Positions 15,973-23,752 of a DNA stretch of 45,770 nt are shown here, in pieces. Source of the DNA: a virus. The notes under the pieces were generated by a model. The model did not search any database and was not told the DNA's origin. It saw only the letters and a list, made by a program, of their open reading frames with translations. Both the position numbers and the translations under genes were made by a program. Numbering within the stretch: the stretch's first letter is position 1; each line of letters opens with the position of its first letter. Location of the stretch: the IMG/VR virus record IMGVR_UViG_3300006099_000021; one strand, given 5' to 3'.

Positions 15973-16343
15973 TGAAGCCGGCCGGGGTCGAACTTTTCAC
16001 AAGTTCCGGTTACTACAACTAAGCCCGTTGCTTTGGCCGCTTCGACAAAATCGGTATTCGCAAGTTGGCTCACTTCTACTTCTTCCCGCGTTACAATTAC
16101 CTGCGTGCCTTCGGGAATTTTGGCCGTACCTTTCGGTAGCTGGATAAGCGAAGCGAATACGCGGGTTTCTCCGTCGGCGGTCTGAATTGTCGAACCTTTA
16201 CCGTTGGTTTCTTCTCGGCAAGCTGCTTTTAACTCCCATGCGGCGGCGGGCGTTTCCCAAGAACCGTTAGGTAATTGGACGCTTTCGCCGTTGTGCTGCA
16301 AGGCGTACAGGTATTGCGGGTATTGGTAGGAAGTCGTTACCAT
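15954..16343 (-). CDS. Head-tail joining protein (by position)
   Basis: 129-aa ORF overlapping its neighbours in the head-tail connector block. Confidence 0.4.
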   Translation of the reverse strand: MVTTSYQYPQYLYALQHNGESVQLPNGSWETPAAAWELKAACREETNGKGSTIQTADGETRVFASLIQLPKGTAKIPEGTQVIVTREEVEVSQLANTDFVEAAKATGLVVVTGTCEKFDPGRLHCRLWI

Positions 16344-16648
16344 ACGTTGCTTTTATTCCGAATTTTGGGCTTGCTGGCCGGCGTAATGCCTAATTCGGCG
16401 CAAGCCGCGTTATACCAAAGTTTGATAGCGTCCCAATTCCAACTAATGGAATACCCGCCTTCCCCGATATTAGCAAGGGGGATAAGCGTTGTAAACTCTC
16501 GGCAAATGGCCGTTTTTGCCTTCCGTACGTCTACCGGTGCGTCCGGGTCGGGGATAAGGTTACTTTGGTTGCAAAGTATCAAATCCACGTCGTCCGCCGT
16601 TAGCTGGAATCTGCCGACCGTTTTAGTTATCCATTCTTTGTAAGTCAT
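16337..16648 (-). CDS. Head-tail connector/adaptor protein (by position)
   Basis: 103-aa ORF immediately downstream of the capsid gene. Confidence 0.4.
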   Translation of the reverse strand: MTYKEWITKTVGRFQLTADDVDLILCNQSNLIPDPDAPVDVRKAKTAICREFTTLIPLANIGEGGYSISWNWDAIKLWYNAACAELGITPASKPKIRNKSNVW

Positions 16649-16668
16649 TGGTAGCGGGTGTTAGAATA

Positions 16669-16693
16669 GGGGCGACCGTTGCCGGCCGGCCCC
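16669..16693 (-). terminator. GC-rich hairpin after the capsid gene
   Basis: ggggc...gcccc stem around a cggccg core, 8 nt downstream of the major capsid stop. Confidence 0.3.
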
Positions 16694-16700
16694 GTCTTCG

Positions 16701-17801
16701 TTAGTGTGTCCAAGTGCTGTTAGAAGTGTCCAAAAGGAAGGAACGACCCGAAGAAAGCCAAGCCGGGAAAGCGTTTGCAATTCCTACGGTAACTTCTTCG
16801 ATAGGTTCCTCGGTGGAATACTTCTTTACGCAAGTGTGGCCGTTCATAGCTTTGATAGCTACGGAACCTTTAAGGTTCATATCGGCCGGCTTCTTCCAAT
16901 AGGTTGAACCGAGTACCTTGCTTTCGCTGAACATTACCACGTTATCGGCGAACGGGTTGCCGGTAATACGGCTTCCGTCGTCCTTCTCGATAGTAATATC
17001 TTGGTCGATAACTACGACCTGCAAGCCGCGCAGGTACGCCAAACCCTTCATAGCCGCGTTTACCTGTTCCAAGCTCGGCGTTTGTGCGATGTTCAAGGCG
17101 TTAGCCGCGAACGAAGCGGAAAGTTTCGTTACTTCCTCGGTCTGAACCATAAGCGCGAAGGTGTCAAGGTTCATAAAGGCGTACTTCAAGCTAATACCCT
17201 TCTTCTTGGCCTTAGCTACGATAGCCTTAAAGTCCTTGCTAAACGGTTTTGCGCCGGTGGTGTTCCAAGCGGCCGAGCCGGTCTGAAATCCTACCTTCTG
17301 CGTTGCGTCGATTTGATAATCTACGTCGTATTCGGTAATTACGCTATTGTTGTTGTCGTTGGTAAGCGTTACTTTACCCAACGAAATAGACTGCAACGCA
17401 ATCCATTCCAAGCGGGCGGCCACCCCGTCCCAGCAGTACTGCGTATCTTCGGCCCACGCTTCTACCAACGCCCGAAGGTCGGGGTTCGCGGAAGTCATGG
17501 CGACCATAATGTCGTATTCGTTAAGCTCGTTTTCGTCCTTGGTGCGCTTAATAGCCACTTTCGGAATATCGCCCTGAATACGCGCAATAGCTTCGCGGGT
17601 CTTCTTGTTGATACTTGCGCCACGCGCTACAAGGTCGCCGGCAATCTTTAACCCTACCTGCGCTTCAAGGGCTTTCCACGTAAGCGTGTAGTTCTCCTTC
17701 AAGGGGAACAAGGTAGGATAGTAATACGGTTTAAGGTCGTAGGTATTAACTACGGCCTGCATATCCCTTTCGGTAATGCCAATCATTAAGCTCCTTTGCA
17801 T
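16701..17801 (-). CDS. Major capsid protein (lambda gpE-like family suspected)
   Basis: 366 aa, positioned after the scaffold and decoration-like genes. Length and sequence pattern resemble the capsid protein E family. Confidence 0.7.
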   Translation of the reverse strand: MQRSLMIGITERDMQAVVNTYDLKPYYYPTLFPLKENYTLTWKALEAQVGLKIAGDLVARGASINKKTREAIARIQGDIPKVAIKRTKDENELNEYDIMVAMTSANPDLRALVEAWAEDTQYCWDGVAARLEWIALQSISLGKVTLTNDNNNSVITEYDVDYQIDATQKVGFQTGSAAWNTTGAKPFSKDFKAIVAKAKKKGISLKYAFMNLDTFALMVQTEEVTKLSASFAANALNIAQTPSLEQVNAAMKGLAYLRGLQVVVIDQDITIEKDDGSRITGNPFADNVVMFSESKVLGSTYWKKPADMNLKGSVAIKAMNGHTCVKKYSTEEPIEEVTVGIANAFPAWLSSGRSFLLDTSNSTWTH

Positions 17802-17818
17802 AACTTTTCCCGATTAAA

Positions 17819-18400
17819 TTAGATAAACTGAATACCGGTAAGTTTGGCTTTCACTTCGGCACCGATAGGCGGGATATTGCTTTCCCGAATCTGCCCGATA
17901 GTTACGGCGTTTACGATATGGTTGCTAAGCGCGTCTACGTCGTAGCTTTCGCCTACAAGGGCTACCGGTGCGTATTTGGAAGCTGCCCCCGAAGCCCCGG
18001 CCTTGGCTGCGAGGTAAAGCGAATTGCCGGCTTTTGCGGCAACTCCAAGGGTTGTACCTACCGTAAGGTCGTCTTTGGTCGCGTCGCCGCTGTTTGTGGC
18101 GATAGCGGTAATAGCGTAAGCCGCTTTACCGGAAGCCAGCATAAGCACGTCGCCGACTTTGAAGTTATGGCCCTTCTTTACGGTGTAGGTGGTAGCGGAG
18201 TTCGTAGCGTCGTCCGCAAGAACGGCTACTTTCACTACATGGTAAAGCCCGTTTTCGTCCTTTCCTACCGGCGTACCTTCGTGCAGAACTTTCTGCGTAA
18301 GGTCGGCGGCTGAAACGGTAATACCGTTCGGAATATCGGCGAGCTTGTGGGTAAACGCGCGAATAACGCGGTTATCCTTTTTCCTGTCGATTCTAAGCAT
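17819..18400 (-). CDS. Putative head decoration protein (gpD position)
   Basis: 193-aa Ala/Gly/Val-rich ORF directly upstream of the capsid gene. Confidence 0.4.
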   Translation of the reverse strand: MLRIDRKKDNRVIRAFTHKLADIPNGITVSAADLTQKVLHEGTPVGKDENGLYHVVKVAVLADDATNSATTYTVKKGHNFKVGDVLMLASGKAAYAITAIATNSGDATKDDLTVGTTLGVAAKAGNSLYLAAKAGASGAASKYAPVALVGESYDVDALSNHIVNAVTIGQIRESNIPPIGAEVKAKLTGIQFI

Positions 18401-18418
18401 TTTACAAGTGTTTAAGCG

Positions 18419-19138
18419 TTAAACCTCTTTACCGCCCAAGCCTTTATTTTCGGCTTCGGCGGCCTTTGCCTGTATGTAGCTTTCTACGCCCGCGCTTACT
18501 CCGTCCTTGTTGGGGGAACCAAGTACCGGTTTTTCGTGAAGGCTTAGGCCCCGGTCTGCCAACTCTTGGCCGAAGGCTGCTACGTCGTTCTTGGTTTCGG
18601 TCAGATACTCGTTAAAGGCGTTTTCGTCGGCAAAGCCGCCAAGTTTGGCTACTCTGTCGAAATCTTTAAGAACCTTTGCTTTATAGGCTTCGGGTACGTC
18701 GGCAAGCTCTTTAACAAGCGTTTCCCGGCGGTTGGCGGTTACGGCCGCGCTTTGAAGGCTCATTACTTCGGACTGCAAGCCCTTAGTAGCTTCCTTTACG
18801 GCGTTCGTAATCATTGTTTGCACGGTTGCGGCGTCCAAGGTTCCGGCCGGTGCGGGTGGGGTACCGCCTTCTTCCGGTTTCTTTTCCACAAAGTCGTACT
18901 TCTTGCGCAGGTTGTCCTCGCGCGTTTTGTTCGCTTTGTCTATTTCCGCGTCCGCGTCTTTGCGCCAATCCGCTACAAACTTCGCTACGGCTTCGGCGGT
19001 AAGTTTACCTACGATACCGGTAGCTTCTTCCTTGGTATTAACTTGCATGGCGATAACTCGCGCAAGCTGGTTAAGCCCGTCTTTTCGCACGCCCGGAAAC
19101 AGCGTTTCAAGTAGTGCTACAATTTCGTTTAGTTCCAT
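18419..19138 (-). CDS. Putative scaffolding protein
   Basis: 239 aa, helical, Ala/Glu/Lys-rich, first gene of the head operon. Confidence 0.5.
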   Translation of the reverse strand: MELNEIVALLETLFPGVRKDGLNQLARVIAMQVNTKEEATGIVGKLTAEAVAKFVADWRKDADAEIDKANKTREDNLRKKYDFVEKKPEEGGTPPAPAGTLDAATVQTMITNAVKEATKGLQSEVMSLQSAAVTANRRETLVKELADVPEAYKAKVLKDFDRVAKLGGFADENAFNEYLTETKNDVAAFGQELADRGLSLHEKPVLGSPNKDGVSAGVESYIQAKAAEAENKGLGGKEV

Positions 19139-19177
19139 TTTGATTTTTGGGATTTAATTAAACCTGCGACAAAGAAA

Positions 19178-19194
19178 CGTATTATAGTAATACG
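19178..19194. promoter_or_regulatory. 17-bp palindrome CGTATTA-TAG-TAATACG upstream of the head-tail operon
   Basis: 16/17 identical to the core of the 5416..5434 palindrome. Lies 40 nt upstream of the scaffold gene start. Confidence 0.5.
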
Positions 19195-19560
19195 AATATT
19201 TGTATAGCGTTGCAAGTTCTCTACACTCGTTTCAACAATTCAACCGTAAGGGCTGGGCCGCTTCTTGTTCGGCTGTTACTGAGTAAGTGATTTTGCGAAC
19301 AAATGGCAATGAAGCGTAAGGAATGGCAAAAGAAGGCGATTTTAGCGCGTTTTATTCTCCAAACAAGGAAATACACCAGCCAACCGCATAAAGTCGAACA
19401 GCGGGCACGAGAAAGGGCAAAAACGGGTATTCTTACTTCGTCCGTTATCCGGCCCTTCTCGAATAAGTAGAAAAACGGGGATTTTGTTACCCTTGTGTTA
19501 CTCGCATTATTCCCCCCGGTTGAACTATCAACATAGCGGCGGTTACTATCATCATTCCGG

Positions 19561-19617
19561 TAATGTTGGTAGTTAATGTTGCAAGTAATGTTGCAAGCTA
19601 TTCCGAAATGTTGGTAG
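19561..19617 (+). repeat. Four copies of a 12-mer, TAATGTTG(GTAG/CAAG); three tandem and one after an 8-nt gap
   Basis: taatgttggtag (19561), taatgttgcaag (19574), taatgttgcaag (19586), aaatgttggtag (19606). Confidence 0.8.
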
Positions 19618-19698
19618 TAGCTTCCGGGGTATGTTCGTAAAGAAAGGTTCCCCCCATACCCCCTATAAAGAAATATTCTTTTTCTTTATATTTATCCA

Positions 19699-20046
19699 GT
19701 GCCCCTAAGAAGGGGCACGCTTGGGGCTGCCCAAGGGCTGGCCAGCCCCTCGCTTGTGTGCGCGTTATTTATTGATATATAGTTATTTATTGATTTTGTA
19801 AAAATGAAAATTGCGCCGAATGTTCCGCGCGAAATTGTGGGGCTGCCTTGGGGCTGGTTAGGGGCTGGGCTGGGGCTTACTCTCAAATTTTGAAAAATCG
19901 CAAATTATTGTACTACAACACATTAAGTAACGAAATAAGCGTAACTATTTGATTCCGAAGTACCATAGCCCCAAGCCTGCCGCTGGGCTGGTGCTGGCCT
20001 GCTCCTGCGTAGGGGCTGGGGTAGCTCCTGCCTTGCTCCTTGCTCG
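19699..20046. repeat. GC-rich GGGGCTG/CTGCCTTG repeat clusters flanking an AT-rich segment (candidate origin-like region)
   Basis: Hairpin gtgcccc-taagaa-ggggcac (19699..19718). Palindrome gggctggccagccc (19735..19748). AT-rich 19760..19815 with the 13-mer gttatttattgat twice (19764, 19782). GGGG-run cluster at 19839..19875. Third cluster at 19965..20046. Confidence 0.6.
19839..19875 (+). other. Canonical G-quadruplex motif G4-N7-G4-N7-G4-N7-G4
   Basis: GGGGctgccttGGGGctggttaGGGGctgggctGGGG, read directly from the sequence. Confidence 0.6.
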
Positions 20047-20086
20047 ATTTTTCGCCGTAAAATAGTGTTGTTTAGTGTTTTTGCAG

Positions 20087-20094
20087 TATATTTG
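20087..20094 (+). promoter_or_regulatory. -7 promoter box TATATTTG for the plus-strand moron cassette
   Basis: Perfect TAnnTTTG match. It is embedded in the 14-mer tatatttgcaacgt, which recurs in the opposite orientation at 43176..43189. Confidence 0.4.
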
Positions 20095-20356
20095 CAACGT
20101 TTCCGGGGAGAAATCCGGGAACGTGTACGGAAGCGTATAGGTATCTAAGTTTGAAAATCGCCAATTAACGAACCATAGACGAACCTATTAACGCTCGCTG
20201 GCTGTATATCCATTTCCGATATATCGCTAAGCGTGGGTTATGGTTTATTCTATGGTGGGCGTTTGGCGATGCCTCAAACTTGTAAACCGATAAGGCCCAC
20301 GCTTTCTTCGTTTAGTAATTGCCTGTTCGGGTTCTTGGGGCGCAAATTTTACGACT

Positions 20357-20770
20357 ATGCAAATAGAAGAACTATTAGCCCTACTAACACTTGCGGCTGC
20401 CTTCCTGCAAATTATCCTATTCTTCAAGTTATGGATAATGACGAATGACGTTAAGAAACTGCGCGAAAATTGCGGATATTCGAATAAGTCTAACTTTAAC
20501 TTTGAAATACGCAAATTACTTGCTTCGGGAAGCAAAGAGAAAGCAAAAGAAATGTTATTAAATCGTTTCTACGATAGTATTTCCGAACTCAATTATTCGG
20601 GGTTGGATAAGTCGGAAAACAACTACGACCAAATAACGAAAAACATAGACGCGGATTTTTTGAAGTTGAAAGAAAGGCTTACAAACGACCTTTCAAAGAT
20701 AGGCGAGCAATTACCGGAAAATATCAAGCAAATGAAATCCGGGAATGAATTTTACGAACTGTTTAACTAA
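20357..20770 (+). CDS. Membrane-anchored protein (moron gene 1)
   Basis: 137 aa with an N-terminal TM helix (LLALLTLAAAFLQIILFFKLWIM) followed by a helical soluble domain. Opposite strand to the surrounding late genes. Confidence 0.55.
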   Translation: MQIEELLALLTLAAAFLQIILFFKLWIMTNDVKKLRENCGYSNKSNFNFEIRKLLASGSKEKAKEMLLNRFYDSISELNYSGLDKSENNYDQITKNIDADFLKLKERLTNDLSKIGEQLPENIKQMKSGNEFYELFN

Positions 20771-20777
20771 GTATCTT

Positions 20778-21254
20778 ATGAAACACTTTTGCCTGTTATG
20801 TGCGCTCTTTCTGTTGGTAGGGTGTTCCAAAGATGAAGACCCCGGAAGAAACTATACCGAACAACAAGAAAAAGCCTTATCCGTGTTTAATGGAACTTGG
20901 GCCGATACACAATTTTCCAACCTTGGGAGTTATCCCGGTGCCGAATTGCAACCCGACCCGGATAAAATCATATTCGGAACCCAAAACAATAAGCCCGTAG
21001 AAATCTACGAAAACGACTTTATCGAAGGCGAACGGCTGTTATTCTCGGCCTTTGGCGAATTGGTTTACCATAGCGAAGGTTACGAAGATGTACCGTGTTA
21101 TTATTGGGTATCGAACACGGCCGATGAACTACGCTTATACCGGACTTCTACAAAGAAACTATATAGGAAATTCACGCTTTCAATAAAAAGCGATACGAAA
21201 ATGCACCTTCACGACCCCGATTTGTCGCTACCGTACATTTTCGTAAAACAATAG
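20778..21254 (+). CDS. Lipoprotein, probably surface-exposed (moron gene 2)
   Basis: Start chosen at MKHFCLLCALFLLVGC. Lipobox LVG-C is followed by SKDED, which resembles the Bacteroidota lipoprotein export signal. Confidence 0.6.
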   Translation: MKHFCLLCALFLLVGCSKDEDPGRNYTEQQEKALSVFNGTWADTQFSNLGSYPGAELQPDPDKIIFGTQNNKPVEIYENDFIEGERLLFSAFGELVYHSEGYEDVPCYYWVSNTADELRLYRTSTKKLYRKFTLSIKSDTKMHLHDPDLSLPYIFVKQ

Positions 21255-21357
21255 CCGGTCAGAAACGGCCCTATTTCCGTTTATCTCCTTTGTCGGGTAC
21301 CGGTCTATATCCCTGCGGAATTGAAGGCCACAAAATCAAAATTCGGGAAAAATAAGG

Positions 21358-21392
21358 AAGGAGTAGCGCGGTGCTACTCCTTCTTCTTTTCT
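21358..21392 (+). terminator. Intrinsic terminator of the moron cassette (possibly bidirectional)
   Basis: aaggagtagc / gctactcctt stem with a 5-nt loop, followed by cttcttttctt. Confidence 0.6.
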
Positions 21393-21568
21393 TCTGTATC
21401 GTCGTCTTCCGCCATAGCGTCGGTTTCTGCTTCCCAGCGGTCAATAGCGGCCGCGTGTTCCCGCCGGTACGCTTCTTTTTCGTCCTTCGGCATTGCGTCC
21501 CAATCCTTACGGGCCTTCGCCCATTTATCGTTATCGGGCCATTTATCTATTTCTTTTACTTCTGTCAT
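21374..21568 (-). CDS. Small acidic hypothetical protein
   Basis: 64-aa ORF with a 4-nt overlap with the upstream MuF-like gene. Confidence 0.4.
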   Translation of the reverse strand: MTEVKEIDKWPDNDKWAKARKDWDAMPKDEKEAYRREHAAAIDRWEAETDAMAEDDDTEEKKKE

Positions 21569-23259
21569 AGCTCTACAAGTGTTATGCGAACTTCTTGCCC
21601 GGAAATTTCGTGCTTCACTATCTTAAACCGGGTGCCGTTAGTAAATAATACTTCCCGCTGGTCTTCGGGAGCAAATTTACCGTTAAATTCCGAAATGTCG
21701 GATATGTCGCGGCCGTTTTTGCTCTGAATTTCAAAAAGTACCCTTACTTCCGTCTTCTTCAAAACCCGATAGTTGGCAAACCGGTAAGCAACCGCCGGCG
21801 TTTTTGTCGATGAAGTGAAAATAGCGTGTTTTATTTCGTCCCTGCCAGCGTAAAGGCGTTCGTAATCCTTCCGCTTCATAATCGCGCCCCGGTAGACGGT
21901 TCCCCGATACTTCGGCAATCCTTCCAACGCCTTAGCCATAAGGGAAGCCGAAGCCTTGTTAAAGTCGGTAAGGGTGCCTTTATCCAACTGCTTATTAAGC
22001 TGCCGGTAGTTCCCGCCTTGCTGGGTGTAGTGATGAAGGGCCGCAAGTTCTGTATTCTGAATATCCGGGTAAAGCGTACTAAGCAATTGCGTTGCCCGTT
22101 CCATTGCTTCGGCTGTGCTTCTTGCTCTCGTAAACTTCCGTTCTTCGGCGGTGTAGGTGTTTACCGGCAATGTGCCTATACTTTTACGGTTATCCCGAAC
22201 AAAGTACGGTAAGGTCTTCCAACCTTTCGAGCGTTCCTCGTTTTTGGCTATCCAATCGGTCAAGGCTTTCGGAACCTGCGTTACGGTGCGCTGGGGGTTC
22301 GGTTTCCAATCCTTCAACTTTCCGGCCTTACGTGCCCTTATTCGTTCCCTAAAATCGCTTTCCGAAATAAAGATAGGCACCATTTCGCAACGGCAATGCG
22401 GATGCCAACCCGTCCAAAGGAAAGTTTTAGGGTATCGACCGGCTAATACGTCGCAAATATCGTATAAGGTTCGTAATTTACCGTTAATTACTACCGTATG
22501 GTTATTGCTCAACCGAATTTCGTACCCGATAATAAGGGGGTTATTTTGGTAGCTTTCCCACTCTGCACGACGGTAGGCCGCGTTCATTTCGGTAACTGCA
22601 AGACGGCGGGCGTTTTTGTACGCCGACCTATATACGCCTTGGCCGGGGTGGTATTTCTTTGCCGCTTGGCTTAATTCAAGTTCCCCGGTTTCTTTGTTGC
22701 GCACCCGTCTATAAAGCGCGTCGGGGTTGTTCAAGTAACCGCGAAGGCTACGGCTTACTTCTTCCGGGCTTTTCCCTTCAAGTATGCCGTTTTGTATGAT
22801 AATTTCAAGTTCTTGTTTCGCCTTTGCCGTCAAATTCCAAACGCGGGTAGATAGGTTCATGCCCTCGCGGTCGGCATTGGCGTAAGCGTGTCCCGTCGCA
22901 CCTTTGGCCCGGTGTGCCTTTACTGCCTGTTCGCAAATGTCGGTAGTTTCTTTCCGCTGTGCCGAAGTCTTCCCGAATACTTCTAACGCATGTTCCTTTA
23001 CCCGTGCTTCTCCTTTGTCCCAACTTCCTATAATACCGTTCTTAGTAATAAGGGCTGTTTTACTGCTAAGGTCTTTTAGGTACCGGTCTAACTTACGTTC
23101 GGCGGCCGGGTTCCCCTTCCAAGAGAAGGTAGCCCCCGATTCTATCGCTTTCCTAACCTCGGTAAGTTTTAGGGCCGCGTGGTAGGTATCGCCGAACAGG
23201 GCGTAAAGCTGCTTTTCTACGCTCGCTATATATCGTATAACTTCCTGCCTTTTATCCAT
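21565..23259 (-). CDS. Minor head protein (SPP1 gp7 / Mu F family) fused to a C-terminal ADP-ribosyltransferase domain
   Basis: The central motif WTGWHPHCRCEMVP is typical of Mu F-like proteins. The C-terminal ~165 aa carry the R-S-E ART triad: YRG (aa 456-458), FTSST (481-485) and QRE (533-535). Confidence 0.7.
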   Translation of the reverse strand: MDKRQEVIRYIASVEKQLYALFGDTYHAALKLTEVRKAIESGATFSWKGNPAAERKLDRYLKDLSSKTALITKNGIIGSWDKGEARVKEHALEVFGKTSAQRKETTDICEQAVKAHRAKGATGHAYANADREGMNLSTRVWNLTAKAKQELEIIIQNGILEGKSPEEVSRSLRGYLNNPDALYRRVRNKETGELELSQAAKKYHPGQGVYRSAYKNARRLAVTEMNAAYRRAEWESYQNNPLIIGYEIRLSNNHTVVINGKLRTLYDICDVLAGRYPKTFLWTGWHPHCRCEMVPIFISESDFRERIRARKAGKLKDWKPNPQRTVTQVPKALTDWIAKNEERSKGWKTLPYFVRDNRKSIGTLPVNTYTAEERKFTRARSTAEAMERATQLLSTLYPDIQNTELAALHHYTQQGGNYRQLNKQLDKGTLTDFNKASASLMAKALEGLPKYRGTVYRGAIMKRKDYERLYAGRDEIKHAIFTSSTKTPAVAYRFANYRVLKKTEVRVLFEIQSKNGRDISDISEFNGKFAPEDQREVLFTNGTRFKIVKHEISGQEVRITLVEL

Positions 23260-23714
23260 TACGCCCTAAGTTCTTCTATTGCAATTCGTATATACTTACT
23301 TAAAATGCCGTTTAACTCACTACAAGGCCCGCTAATTACGTCGTACCCCTTACTTTCGACGTATAGGGCATAATCGGCTGCGGCAACGATAACGGCTACT
23401 ATGTCGTTCGGGTATTGTGCGGCCGCTTGCGCTGCCATACGCTTACCTTCTTCTACGCCTTCGCTCCCTTTCTCGCCACCGGTAGAACTAAAACTTTCCG
23501 CTACCTTTTCGCCGTGATTGTAGATAACAAAGCCAATCGACGAACGCAGCAGGTGTGTCCGGTCTTTGTAGGTGTTCAATAGCTTAGCGTTCCGCGTAAC
23601 CTCTAAACAAGCCATTTGCATAGCGTCTACAACGGTGGCCGTTATGATGTCTACCGCCTCGTAAACGCCTGCAAATAGCTTATCTATGTCGAATTTTGCT
23701 ACTATGTTACCCAT
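23259..23714 (-). CDS. Hypothetical protein
   Basis: 151-aa ORF between the portal and MuF-like genes. Confidence 0.45.
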   Translation of the reverse strand: MGNIVAKFDIDKLFAGVYEAVDIITATVVDAMQMACLEVTRNAKLLNTYKDRTHLLRSSIGFVIYNHGEKVAESFSSTGGEKGSEGVEEGKRMAAQAAAQYPNDIVAVIVAAADYALYVESKGYDVISGPCSELNGILSKYIRIAIEELRA

Positions 23715-23752
23715 ATCTTAGTTAGTAACTTAGTTAGATACTTGGTTAGTAG

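Noticed and set aside
19561-19617. Possible mini-CRISPR array
   Set aside because: The repeats are only 12 bp, directly abutting with no spacers, and no cas genes are present. They fit iterons better.
19692-19886. 64-aa minus-strand ORF in the large intergenic region
   Set aside because: It runs through GC-rich repeats, hairpins and the AT-rich segment and gives a low-complexity product (SPSPAPNQPQGSP). It has no plausible start context, so it is most likely a by-product of the repeats.
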